A DNA stretch of 63,859 bases, counting the filler, from Pirum gemmata (Eukaryota), in NCBI GenBank assembly GCA_002812295.1. It is 24 parts of 24 records of this genome, joined end to end, with 100 filler letters (N's around TTAATTAATTAA, not from the genome) between each part and the next. Parts side by side here need not be neighbours in the genome. Positions count along the whole stretch, not along the records: positions 23,500 to 25,934 come from PDIN01006120.1; positions 26,035 to 28,497 come from PDIN01006121.1; positions 28,598 to 31,072 come from PDIN01006122.1; positions 31,173 to 33,622 come from PDIN01006123.1; positions 33,723 to 36,154 come from PDIN01006124.1; positions 36,255 to 38,674 come from PDIN01006125.1; 18 more parts are not named here. One strand, written 5' to 3'. The notes beneath the pieces were generated by a model that worked only from the letters and a program-made list of their open reading frames with translations, did not search any database and was not told where the DNA came from. Position numbers and translations under genes: made by a program. Shown in pieces: positions 25,396 to 37,885 of the stretch; position 1 is the stretch's first letter; each line of letters begins with the position of its first letter.

Positions 25396-25815
25396 TTAGG
25401 CATCTACTATATACCGTTCCTTCAAAGTTATCCAATTATTTCCTCGGGATTTAATAAAACCAGCACGTCTTAAATCATTGTTTAAGGTACGACCGGTTCT
25501 TTTCTCGTACATATAATATTGAAAACTGCTGGTCACGGGGCTACGGTTGATTAGCTGGTTGATTATGCTACAAATAATTCCCATTATTCCTAAAAAATTC
25601 TCGGGACAGTCATCTTTAACTTTAACTTGGTTTTGTTTGATTTGGTTCGAAGGTATGAGATGATAATATTCAGTAAGTTTCGTTAGCTTCGTGAACATGT
25701 ATTTGTAATACTTAATAGGGAGTAGCTTATAACTTTCAAAACCAGTTGACCTAAATACACCTTTACTTTTTTTTCCCCAGTTATTCTTTTTTTTCATGTT
25801 ATTGAAAATAAGCAA
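25396..25815 (-). CDS. Unknown ~110-aa domain ORF heading a tandem array of decayed paralogous units
   Basis: KLLPI.YKYMF...CPENFLGI...RTGR.L.ND...NWITL..RY recurs in a frameshifted copy at ~25015-25350 and in fragments at 24600-24990 and 24110-24240. Confidence 0.5.
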   Translation of the reverse strand: MLIFNNMKKKNNWGKKSKGVFRSTGFESYKLLPIKYYKYMFTKLTKLTEYYHLIPSNQIKQNQVKVKDDCPENFLGIMGIICSIINQLINRSPVTSSFQYYMYEKRTGRTLNNDLRRAGFIKSRGNNWITLKERYIVDA

Positions 25816-26699
25816 GTATATCTTCTCCCTAATCTGCCAAGGTAAATAAGCACGGAAAAGGAAAAAGCTTGTTTCGTTTTGGAAAAATGTGTCTATTAGT
25901 TTTCTAAACTTTGAATTCGTTGCTATGTTTAGTTNNNNNNNNNNNNNNNNNNNNNNNNNNNNNNNNNNNNNNNNNNNNTTAATTAATTAANNNNNNNNNN
26001 NNNNNNNNNNNNNNNNNNNNNNNNNNNNNNNNNNGGTATGTTTTATTATCTATATATTCATTTAAACATATCAATTTAAATGTTATAACCCACCAAATAA
26101 ATATTCAGAGTGACGAAATAAGTAAAAAGCACAATATATATAGCTATAGCTAGTTATAATATAATTAGCCCTATATGTATATAACTCTTAAAACCCTAAC
26201 CCTAACCCTAACCCTAACCCTATTCCTGGCCCCCCTAACACTAATTTTAACCCTAACCCTACAGCTAACCGGTACCCTAACCCTAACCCTAGCTATAGCT
26301 AACCGTTAACCCTAACCTTAACCCTATAGCTAACCCTAACCCTAACCCTAACCCTAACCCTAACCCTAACCCTAAAACCCTACACTAGCTAGAGTAACCC
26401 TAACCCTAACCCTACACTTGCTAGAGTAACCATGACCCTAACCCTAACCGTTAACCCTAACCTTAACCCTAACCCTAACCATCCTTTCTAAGAACCCTCA
26501 ATTGGAGGCCTCTAACCCTAACCCTAACGTTAACGTTAACCCTACAGTAGACCTACACTAAAACTGACACTGAGAGCTATGATACTACCAGTAGTGCTGG
26601 TAGCATCCTGATATGATAGTCTAGCTATCATAGCTAGCTATGATAGCTAGCTAGTAGTCTAGCTATCAAAATGTCATTAAAATGGCGGCATCTAGCTAG

Positions 26700-26880
26700 A
26701 TGGCGGCATCCACCATATGAGCTCAAAAATCCAAAAAATCTCAAAATGATCCAATATTAATATAAGTGCTACCAAATATTTAGAAATAGTTTAACTAAGA
26801 AAACCCTATTATGAACCAATGGCCAGTTTTTAAAAATATTTTGGCTAGTTGGTATTAAAAAGGTTTTTAGAAATGATTTA
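26700..26880 (+). repeat. Dispersed repeat family E
   Basis: ATGGCG.CATCC.CCATATGAGCTCAAAAATCCAAA...TATGAACCAATGGC also at 37560-37725; partial at 7047-7107. Confidence 0.7.
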
Positions 26881-27136
26881 TACAGTTTTATTCGGTTTGG
26901 CTGTTTAAAAAAAAAAAAAAAAAGTTTTTTTTACCCTGGAAGCTTCATTTTTACGTCATTTTTACGTCATTTTAAAATTGTGTCAAAACTGTCGATTAAT
27001 CATTATTTTTGTACTGTTTAAGTTATGACCAGCCAAATTATTTTTAAAAAACGTCCGATAAAATTTTGAAATCACTATTGATACCTTTAGTTAGAGTCTA
27101 GACTACCTTAGCTAGCTACTACTACTAGAGACTAGA

Positions 27137-27362
27137 GAGGGATGACCCCCTTTGGCAGAAATTTGGAGATAGGTTACAACAGGAATTGAGATGGCAAAAA
27201 TTATTACTTAAAATAGATATTTATATCCTTAAAATAGTAGTTTACTATATTAAGTATTACTATTAATAATTATAAGTTAACTTTTTATAGTAATTTAAGT
27301 CAAATTTTCAATTTTTGCCGTACCTAGGTTGGTATTAGTATTATGACGTCATGTCATCCCTC
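27137..27362. mobile_element. hAT-like MITE (TIR GAGGGATGAC / GTCATCCCTC)
   Basis: 10-bp inverted ends; shares a subterminal ATGACGTCAT with family C. No clear TSD. Confidence 0.45.
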
Positions 27363-27487
27363 CTTAGACGTAGACTATCAATATTTCATTTTTTGAACTC
27401 CCCACCCCACTCATTATATCGTGATATATTATCGATATGATAATATGATATAATAATATAATACATATTATGATCATTATCATTATC

Positions 27488-27521
<34 letters not shown>

Positions 27522-27859
27522 AAAATCATTATCATTATCATTATCATTATCATCATTATCATCATTATCATCATTACCATCATTATCATCATTATCATTA
27601 TCATCATTATCATCATTATCATTATCATTATCATTATCATTATCATCATTATCATCATTATCATCATTATCCCACCTCACCACACTTTTCCACCGCCCCA
27701 ATTAATAAGAGGTATAAATTAATATCAAGTAAAACTTACACTAAATACTAAATAGTAACAGTAACGGTAAATAACCTTTTCAGCTCGAAAGAATAGTTGG
27801 AAGCATGGCTTCGGGAACCGTAGATCAAGAGTATGCTCTTTACCTTAATTATGGACCCT

Positions 27860-28080
27860 AAACCCAACGCTACACCCAACGTTATACCCGACGCTATATC
27901 CAACACTATACCCAACGCTATACCCAACGCTTAACCCAATGCTAAATCCATAAACCCGACGCTAAACCCGACGCTAAACCCAGAAAACCAACGCTAAAAC
28001 CAACGCTAAAACCAACGCTAAACCCAACGCTAAACCCAACGCTAAACCCAACGCTAAACCCAACGCTAAACCCAACGCTA
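27860..28080 (+). repeat. 12-bp minisatellite (AAACCCAACGCT)
   Basis: Perfect units at 28020-28080, degenerate units upstream. Confidence 0.85.
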
Positions 28081-28318
28081 AAGCTTAAAACCAACTATAA
28101 CCCTAAATTTAACCCTAATATCATTCTGCCACCATTTTTTGTTAATTTCATCTTTTTGTTTTTTGTTAGTGAGCTTGCAGTCCGTGGCCATTATCATAAA
28201 CTAGCGAAGATGGTAACAGCACTTTTTTATTTTATTTTTATTTTTATCATACACTAGAAGTAGTTGTTAGTTGTATGAAATATATTCTAGTAGTAGTAGT
28301 AGTGGTGGTGGTGGTAGG

Positions 28319-28358
<40 letters not shown>

Positions 28359-28610
28359 GTAGCATTAGTAGCTGCAGTAGTAGTAGTAGCAGTAGCAGTA
28401 ATAGTAATGGTAGTAGTAATAGTACTACTACTATTCTAGGAGTAGTAGTAGTAGTAGTGGTGGTAGGGGTAATAATAATAATAATAATAATAATAATNNN
28501 NNNNNNNNNNNNNNNNNNNNNNNNNNNNNNNNNNNNNNNNNTTAATTAATTAANNNNNNNNNNNNNNNNNNNNNNNNNNNNNNNNNNNNNNNNNNNNCAA
28601 CTACAACAGC

Positions 28611-28661
<51 letters not shown>

Positions 28662-28974
28662 CGGACAACTATTTAACCCCCCCACCCTATTGTTTAACCC
28701 ATCAAGCAATAATTTAAACAAAAACTCTAACGCACAAACAAAATACAACCAACTCTTCTCGTCAACCAAGAAGAATGACAGCAACATCGACAACACTAGT
28801 AAAGCTAATAACGACAACAACAGAAACAACATCGACAAAAATATCGATAATAACATCGACAACAACATGCAACATGGACAACAGAACCGCAGAAAACAAG
28901 GGCCACAACTCAAGTACCAGAAAAAAACAAACAAATAATAAATATGGAAAACAAAAATTCAAAAGAAAACAAAC

Positions 28975-29124
28975 CATTCCATTTGGGATACCACAAGCAC
29001 TGCTTCCACCACCACCACCATAAATTACCATTTCTTTTTCGTCATCTCCCTCTTTTACTGTTAAGATTTCAACAGCAAAAAGAGGGTAAGGTGCTTTTAT
29101 AATTTCTAAAGGTTGTTTTCCCAT
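28975..29124 (-). CDS. SEC12: First exon of Sec12/PREB (Sar1 GEF, WD40 protein)
   Basis: APYPLFAV...IYGGGGGSSACGIPNGM matches the Sec12/PREB N-terminal PLY...GGGG-x-x-x-x-GI-x-N (K-loop) motif. GT donor at 28974. Confidence 0.75.
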
Positions 29125-29316
29125 TTTACATCAACACCAACAAAAAAGCAAAAAAAAAAAGTATTAAAGTAAAACAAGTAAAATGAAAATGAACCCAATA
29201 TAAAACAGCAAAAACAAAAAACAAAAAAGAAAGTAAAATAAGTAAAATAGCAAATTATTTATACAATTTTTTGACTTGTGTACGATAGTTTACATTGAGC
29301 TTTTAGCTAGATAACA

Positions 29317-29444
29317 CGTAACGCCAATTTCTGGTCAAATACAGCTTCAAATACCCCTATCTACCTACCCCTCGACGTTAATTTCCGGTCAAATACCACC
29401 TACTTACCTACCCCTTGATGAGATGTATTACTTGAACACTCCCC
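29317..29444 (+). mobile_element. MITE family A copy
   Basis: Internal sequence and right TIR (TTGAACACTCCC) match family A. Confidence 0.8.
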
Positions 29445-29709
29445 ATGCATGAAGTATACAGATTATTTATATTCGGCTCGATGTTCAATTTTTTATTTTT
29501 CAGTCAAATTTTAATAAGGGTGAGATGGACTTCAGAGCAATTTTCCAAGTATAACTTAAAATGGATATATCTATCATAAAAATACTTAATTTAGTATAAT
29601 AATTGCTTTTTTTAAAATAAAATAATTTAGAAATTAGTCCCTCAGAGTTATAACAATGACGTTATCATACTACCTCTCTATTTTTATAAATACATTTTTA
29701 TCATAAAAC

Positions 29710-30048
29710 GGAACGTTCAAATACAGTAGGGGTGAGATATCTACTGGAACTTTTTTCGAACAGATGTTTATCGAGCCAACCTTAGTTCCGTGTTCCTTAC
29801 TAATAATAGCAGTTAAATAGCTTAAAATAGTAAATCTAATTATAGCAGATACCAATTAAAGTAATAATATTAACATNAATAAAATGACGTCATCTCACCC
29901 CTACTTCAAATACTATGTAACGCCAATTTCTGGTCAAATACAGCTTCAAATTCCCCTACCTAGTCTACCTACCCCTCGACGTTAATATCCGGTCAAATGC
30001 CACCTACTTACCTACCCCTTGACGTGACGTATTATTTGAACGTTTCCT
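29710..30048 (+). mobile_element. MITE family A copy interrupted by a family C insertion
   Basis: Removing 29725-29905 and one TCAAATAC restores GGAACGTTCAAATACTATGTAACGCC...TTTGAACGTTTCC. Confidence 0.85.
29725..29905. mobile_element. MITE family C, 14-bp TIR, 8-bp TSD (hAT-like)
   Basis: TIR AGTAGGGGTGAGAT / ATCTCACCCCTACT; TCAAATAC at 29717-29724 and 29906-29913. Confidence 0.9.
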
Positions 30049-33000
30049 AAAATGTAAAAAAAAAATCATTTCTTTCCTTGGCCAATCAATCCAAAAAAAA
30101 AAGATAAAATCAGAAAAGATTATTATCATAATTTTTTAAAAAAAAAAAATAGAAAAATAACAGATAATTTTACCAACTATTTTACCCCAGAATTTTCTTT
30201 TCTCTTTTACTCGAAGTTCAAACTTCAAACAAGGGGTATGGAACAGAAGTTATGAACAGTATCAATACTAATACTAGCTAGTAGTAGTCTAGTAGTGTAT
30301 GAACACACAATAGAATCCCTACCAAACATGATTCCAATACAAAACAACACAGAATAATTACTAAAACTAGCATACAACCATCAAAATAACAACAACAACA
30401 AGTTTAATTCTAACTACGAATTTCTGTCATCCACCAGGGTTGAATCTACAAATGATAATAACAAACAATAGTATGATATAAAAAATGTAGAAGAAAACCT
30501 CAAAACAAAAACCTTTAACATAATTTAAAATATTAATGATAACAACCCAAACAACCTTTGGAATATAGAACAAACTGAATGGCCATGGAAAGAGATAATA
30601 TTAATTAAAAATTAAGACTAATAATAAATATTAAATACAAAGTTTTTTTTTTTAATGTAATGTCATACACTATATATGATACTATTAACAATAAGTCTTG
30701 TAAAAGAACTACTAGCTACTAGTTAGCTACTAGGCACTATGGGTGGTATTAAACGTAGACACCCACTAAATATTAATACAGAATTCAAAAAAAGCTTTAT
30801 CAACGTTAACGTTATCGGTATCAATAAAATTTAATTATGATATTAATAATGTCAACAGATATATTATCTCAACAGTATGATATATATCTGGTATATAATA
30901 TCATATCTGGTACAACTACAAATAACAAAACTCTATAATTTTGGTAAAACTTTTAGGTCGGAAACTTGAAGTCTTGAACCCTTCGATCCTTTGATCTCTT
31001 TGACTTGAACTAATTTTGGCTTATATGGCTACTACTAGTACTACCAGTAGTCTAAAGTATAATAATAATAATNNNNNNNNNNNNNNNNNNNNNNNNNNNN
31101 NNNNNNNNNNNNNNNNTTAATTAATTAANNNNNNNNNNNNNNNNNNNNNNNNNNNNNNNNNNNNNNNNNNNNATTTATAAAAAAGCTCAATTATACAATT
31201 TAACGGTACCAAATTAAAGATAGAAAGGACACTGAAAGGACAACTGTAATGAAATAGACGACAGTATCGACTTGATAGCTACTAGACTAGCTAGACTAAG
31301 ACTTTAGTCTAGCTAGCTACTACTAGAGTAAAGTAACGGTGGGGGTCTATCACCAGTACTACTAAGGTATCGATAACTACTATAAGTCTATAACTATCGA
31401 TAGTAACCTGATAGTAAACTCAGTATCATAATATCATAATAATAATTAATATGATATAGATGATATATACTAGTAGCTAAACTAGTAGCAGAGAGACTCT
31501 GAGTTCTTAGTATCGTAAACCTTTTTTTTTTTTTTGTTCCTATCGTATGATAACTTTTATCGATAACTCTCTCAGATCGATAACTAGAGTAGAGTCTCTA
31601 GAGTCTAGCTAGTAGCTAGAGTCTAGTAGTATCGATAGCTACTATGAATATGAGACTAACTAGCTATCGATATAGCTCATCGGATAGACACTGACTGTTA
31701 TAATTATCAATATTTAGACTATGATATCAGTAATGTTTTGATATAATTTTCAGATATAATTTTGATATTGTCTTGTTCAATGTTGGTAAAAAATGTTGTG
31801 ATTTTTTGTTGTAGACTGGATAAGCTAGACTACTGATAGGTATTATAGGTATCGAAGCTGTATGTATGATCATATGATAGTTTTTTAGATATTTTTAAGT
31901 TATAAACTAGATAAAATTAAACTTCCTACTATTTATAAAATAAATTATCTTCTTTAGCCATGCGGCAAACCCGATACGATAGAATAGCGCCTGATAGAAT
32001 GATATCGATATGAGTGTCATTGAGTGAGAGTCAGCTGGTGAGGAGAGCTGGTGAGAGTGGCACTCCTCCACTACTAGCTAGCTAGCTAGCTCTAGTATCG
32101 ATAGTAGACTTTACTCTAGCTACTAGCTAGTAGCTAAACTGGATAGTTATGATATGATATAAAGTTTCGAAGACTCGATTCGATGATTTTTCCAGCATCT
32201 CACAGCCCTTTCTTTTTCGGCTTTTTCGGCTTTTTCTCTTTGATAGATAGAGTATGGATTATGGATAGCTCTAGGTCTCGAGTCTTGACTCTCCAGCTAG
32301 CTAGCTAGCTAGTAGTATGCTCTAGCATAGGCAAAAAATCTCGAAAAATCCTCGAAAAATCTGCTTTTTTCAGGAAATTTTCTATATTTGGAAATTTTGA
32401 AATTTTACATTTGCTTGAATTAGCTTGAATTATCCAGTAATACAAGGCTAGTAATACTCTAGACTCAGAGGTAAATTCAGGTAATACTGAGGTTACTGTG
32501 AGATGGAGGTAATACTAGACTAGGTCACTAGGTCAGTGATAATTAGCCAGTAATTGGCCACTTAGTGATAATTAGCCAGTAATTGGTGCCACAATTTGGT
32601 CCACAAAATCTAGCCCACAAAATTTACTCCAGAAAATTTCTAGAAAATTTACTGCGACAAGGACAAATTTATGATACAAAAAAAAAAAAAAAAAAAAAAA
32701 GAATCTTGAGAAAAAGAATGCATCATTTATCAGCAATGATTCAGTAATAATTCAGCATCATTTATTCTAGTTTTTAAAATGGTGTATCATATCAATTATA
32801 TTCATCTATAAATGATAGTCTAAAGATAGTTGTAAAAGACTACGATATCGATAATATCATAAGCATATTATATTCAGCTGATTATATTATCATGATAGTC
32901 TACATATCATATGTGCGATGTTTTATAAGACTTTTACGAGCTAATTTTACGAGTGTTTTACTGTGTTTTACGATAAGTTTCATAGTTAGTTACATAGAAG

Positions 33001-33765
33001 TACCATTTATATAACATATACGACTTGAACAAGTGGATATTTTTTTATTATTATTCTGACAATTTGATTATCTTGAGGGATTGTCTTACCAGTGTTTTAT
33101 AGTAAGTTTCATAGAAGTAACATAGCGTATAATTATATATAGGCCTAGGACTGCTCCTTCTTTTTAGACAGGACAATATGATAAAATTTCTCGTTACTAC
33201 TCAGTAGTATTAATTTTATCTGATGTTATTAGACTATCGTATCATAGTTTATATATGATAATAGTCTAAAAACTATTGATGCTAGTAGCTAGCTTAGCCT
33301 AGCTATGGTACTGGTATCATAATTATGATAATATGATAATAATATGATTCTATTATCACTCTATTATCGATATCGATAGAAAAAAAAAATAGTTAGCTAG
33401 CCGCTAGTCTAGCTTAGTAGTACTTTAGTATCGATAGTAGACGACCCTACACTCTAGCTAGCTAGCTAGTCTGGGCTAAATTTTTTTGGAGAGCATTGAT
33501 GAAGATGATCGATAGAAAGAACTATTGATAGAGTATTGATAGACGGTCATAGTCTAAAAAAAAACATAATAATAATAATAATCTAGTAATATAATAAGGT
33601 AATAATAATAATAATAATAATANNNNNNNNNNNNNNNNNNNNNNNNNNNNNNNNNNNNNNNNNNNNTTAATTAATTAANNNNNNNNNNNNNNNNNNNNNN
33701 NNNNNNNNNNNNNNNNNNNNNNATTATTATTATTATTATTATTATTATTAAATAAATAAACCAAC

Positions 33766-34314
33766 CTTGACTCCAGCCTGCTAAATCAATTTGTTTTATT
33801 TTAGTTAGTTTTAAAATATACTTAACGTTACTGTGTACGTCATGCCGCATTTCATCAAAAGAAAAATCCCAAAACTTATTATCTTTGATAGTTAATTTGG
33901 TGTGGTTTAACCCAAATATAGTACCCCTATTATTTATCAACCATACATCATACCCCTTATTCCATATCTCTACCGCTGGGGAAAGAGTACTAGACGATAA
34001 AAAACACCAAGAGGTTGACATTATCCCTTAGGTTAGGATTAAGGTTAGGGTTAAGGTTAAGGTTAGGGTTAGGGTTAGGTTAAGGTTATGAATGGGGTTA
34101 GGGCCTTAGCCTTAGCCTTGGCGTTGTTGGTGTTGGTGTTGGTGTTGGTTGGTATTGGTGTTGCTGTGGCTGTTGCTTGTTGGAGGTTGACATTATCCCT
34201 TAGGTTAGGATTAAGATTAGGGTTAAGGTTAAGGTTAGGGTTAGGGTTAGGTTAGGGTTATGAATGGGGTTAGGGCCTTAGCCTTAGCCTTGGAGTTGTT
34301 GGTGTTGGTATTGG

Positions 34315-34372
<58 letters not shown>

Positions 34373-35114
34373 AATGTTGATGTAGCAGGTTTATATGAAT
34401 GATAGGTGTGTGGTTTTGGGTTTTGGTTTTGGGTTAGCATTGGCATTGATGTAATGGCATTCGGGGTCGCTGAAAGGATATAGTTGTAGGGTTGTGCGTG
34501 TGTTAAAGGCAAAGCTGGATAATAAGGATGGTAAGGATGCCTACTTGTTAATGGGCGAGATAAGTAAGGAGATGCACTGGATGTTGATGCAATTGCTACA
34601 TCTGTAATAGGTGGGGTTAGAAGCGGGAGTTTTGGTTTTGGTTTTGGTTTTGCGGGAGCTAAAGTTTCTGCTTTCTTTTTGTCCAGGTCTTCTTTTGCTA
34701 ACCGCTTAGCTCGGCGTACAGCAGGCTTTTGTCGACGGTGGTCATGTGCAGTCCGATGGTGTTGGCGGCGGGAGTGCTCGTTAAGATAACGCTTTGTACA
34801 GGGAGGATACTGGCAAATGTATTTTTTTTTGGAATCACTCATGAATTTCGAAGTTTTATATTAATTTTTCGCTGTTTTTTGTGTTGAATTTTACTACTAT
34901 TATTGTTATTAAAATATATTTTAAAATTTTTGCTATTTTGAAGTTTTAATATTAATCTTATATATATACGTGTGTGTGTTCGTATTTTGTTGTTATTACT
35001 ATATTTATTATTTGTTATGTTGATAGTTTGTGTGTTTGAATTTGTGTGTTCCATTTCTTAAAATAAACTTTGGGGGGGGAGTGGTGGTAATATAATAAAA
35101 CTTACAAATTAATT

Positions 35115-35164
<50 letters not shown>

Positions 35165-35255
35165 TAAGGGGTTAGGGTTAAGGTTAGGGTTAGGGTTATT
35201 ATAAAAATACCAATTGCTGAAATCCAAGGTGTTGCTTTATTTCTATTTAAATCCT
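33766..35255 (-). CDS. Partial acid-lipase-family alpha/beta hydrolase (exons 35255-35211 and 34026-33766)
   Basis: GYDVWLINNRG, FWDFSFDEM and nucleophile elbow GWSQG are clear. The upstream 45-nt exon gives in-phase KATPWISAIG|IMSTSWCF, matching the spacing of P-V-L-L-x-H-G-L-L-x-S-S-x-x-W (less certain). Confidence 0.8.
34270..34842 (-). CDS. Single C2H2 zinc-finger protein with P/T/A-rich tail
   Basis: YICQYPPCTKRYLNEHSRRQHHRTAH (C-x4-C-x12-H-x4-H) followed by a basic stretch. Confidence 0.8.
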
Positions 35256-36120
35256 CTGAACGATAGATGTAAATAAAATGTTATAAATAAGAGTGTATTA
35301 GTTAAATATTGATCTTATTTCTATTAATTTTAGGATCATTAGTATTAGTATTAGAATAAATAATAATATTATTATTACTATTACCATTACTATTATTATT
35401 ACTATGAGGTGAGCCCTAATGACGTCTTTATAATAAAACAATAGAAATATAAAAACACCACAGACCCCTCCACCAACTGACCCTATCAGATTAACATTAT
35501 AAGCTTTCAGATTGAAATATAGACCATTAAAATGGTAATCTAGAAAAAACAAATGTTTAAAAAGTGACATCATTAATTAATGAAAATTTATTATGTCGTC
35601 ATCAGTGTTTACCCTAACCCTAACCCTAACCCTTATAATTTTTATACCTTCTTGGACTGTATCTTCATCGCGAGAGTTTGAATCTGCGTCAGGCTCATCC
35701 AAAACTTTAGTTCTATGCGAACCGATTACCAAAGGGGGTTAGGGTTAGGGTTAGGGTAAGGGCAAGGGTTAGGTTAAGGGTCAGGGTTAGGGACAGGGTT
35801 AGGGTTAGCATTAGCGTTAGGGTTAGGGTTAAGATAAGAGTTGGGTTCAGCGTTAGGGTAAGCGTAAAGGTAAGGTTACGTGTTGGTTAGGGTTAGGGTT
35901 AGGATAAGCGATAGGGTCAGGGTAATGTAAGGGATAGAATTAGGGTTAGTGGTTAGTGGTTAGTGGTTAGTGGTTAGTGGTTAATGGTTAGTGGTTAGTG
36001 GTTAGTGATTTGCGGATGGGGGTTGAGGGCCGGGGTCGGGGTCGGGGTCGGGAGTTGGGGGTTAGGGGTTGGTGTTGGGAGGTTGGGAGGTTGGTGTTGG
36101 GGCTGGTGTTCGGTGTTGGG

Positions 36121-36154
<34 letters not shown>

Positions 36155-36254
36155 NNNNNNNNNNNNNNNNNNNNNNNNNNNNNNNNNNNNNNNNNNNNTT
36201 AATTAATTAANNNNNNNNNNNNNNNNNNNNNNNNNNNNNNNNNNNNNNNNNNNN

Positions 36255-36705
36255 GGTTATAATCTTTAAATTGACATTTTTAAATCAATACATAGATAAT
36301 AAAATATACCAAAATATATCAAATGGATTTATATTGTATTTATTTGGTACTATTTATTGTATATTTCATGATGACAAAACAACTGAAAAGCACTATAGTA
36401 GACTAGTAGTAGTTACTGTAGTATACTCTATCATTCTACTGTTAGTCAATATATTATTTATAATCGATATATAGAATGATGGCACTACTAGACTGGGGTG
36501 TATATTTTAGTTAATATGATTGAATCATTACGTAAACGTACTACTGAGGTTTGTATCATATCATTTATTATATCGTGTTTTTCAGTTGTTTTGTCATCAT
36601 AAAATATGAAATAAATAGTACCAAATGAATAAAATATGAACCATTTAATTTAATTTGGTGTCTTTTATTATCTATTTATTTATTTAAAAATGTCTATTTA
36701 AATTT
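36255..36705. mobile_element. Long-TIR foldback/MITE family D copy
   Basis: 36266-36390 is mirrored by 36578-36702; homologous to 1190-1326. Confidence 0.75.
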
Positions 36706-36834
36706 TCTCGATGTTACAATTGTGTGACTTTTGAGTAGGTGGGTAGGTTTTTGCCGGAAATTAGCGTTACGTAGTATTTGAACGCTCCCATAGGGCCCCT
36801 CTACTGGGATTATCATAATAAAAATCAACTTGTA

Positions 36835-37066
36835 AGTAGGGGTGAGATATCTACTGGAACTTTTTTCGAACAGATGCTTATCGAGCCAACCTTAGTTCCG
36901 TGTTTCTTACTAATAATAGCAGTGAAATAGCTTAAAATAGTAAATATAATTATAGTAGTTACCAATTAAAGTAATAATATTAACATTAATAGTAATAAAA
37001 CCATAAAATCGGAAAAGTTCTGGCAGCTGTTCGGTAATAATAAAATGACGTCATCTCACCCCTACT
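36835..37066. mobile_element. MITE family C copy (longer)
   Basis: Same TIRs and near-identical interior to 29725-29905 plus ~50 extra bp. No clear TSD. Confidence 0.9.
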
Positions 37067-37204
37067 ACTACTAAATATTATACTAAATTCACTAACTAAA
37101 TTCATAATGTTGGGTTTAGATAATAATATCATACTATATTTAATCATCGAGTACCGTGAACGTGATGACGTAGACTTGACGTAGATAGAACATTCGATAG
37201 TTTA

Positions 37205-37345
37205 GGGAGCGTTCAAATACTACGTAACGCCAATTTCCGGTCAAATACAGCTTCAAATTCAAATACCCCTACCTACCTACCCCTCGACGTTAATTTCCGG
37301 TCAAATACCACCTACCTACCTACCCCTTGACGTGACGTATTATTT
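37205..37345 (+). mobile_element. MITE family A copy
   Basis: TTA|GGGAGCGTTCAAATAC start. Further partial copies at 36733-36789 (minus) and 37450-37543. Confidence 0.85.
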
Positions 37346-37885
37346 NAAAAAAAAAAAAAAAAAAATACTCTTTCTGTATGGTTGCTATGGAAACCACCAA
37401 ATAAGGATTTTTCGGATTTGCTAATTTGCTGTAATTAATTTTTATTTTACTGGTCAAATACAGCTTCAAATACCCCCCTACCTACCTTTAATTTCCGGTC
37501 AGTACCTACCTACCTACCCCTTGACGTAACGTATTATTTGAACTATGATAAAAAAAAAAATGGCGACATCCGCCATATGAGCTCAAAAATCCAAATAATC
37601 TCAAAAATAACAGAAAGTACTACCAAAATTTGATAAATTAAATAAGTAAGAAAATTTTATTATGAACCAATGGCTAGTTTTTAATAATAATTTGGCTAGT
37701 TAGCACGAAAGGTTTTTAGAAAAGAAGTCTAAAAAAAAAATATTTCCGACAGGGGAGGTTAAAAAAAAAAAAATAAAAAAAAATTAAAAAAAATAAAAAA
37801 AAAAATATTATAATAATAATGATAATATTAATAATAATACATACTGCTCAAGAGTCTGCTCTCCCATTATTAAATTTTACTCTTT

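Noticed and set aside
27386..27751. His/Tyr-, Asp/Asn- and Met/Ile-rich ORFs
   Set aside because: (ATC/ATT)n microsatellite translations.
30230..30640. A/C-rich segment resembling a LINE 3' end (also 38280-38560)
   Set aside because: No RT, endonuclease or zinc-knuckle motif could be read.
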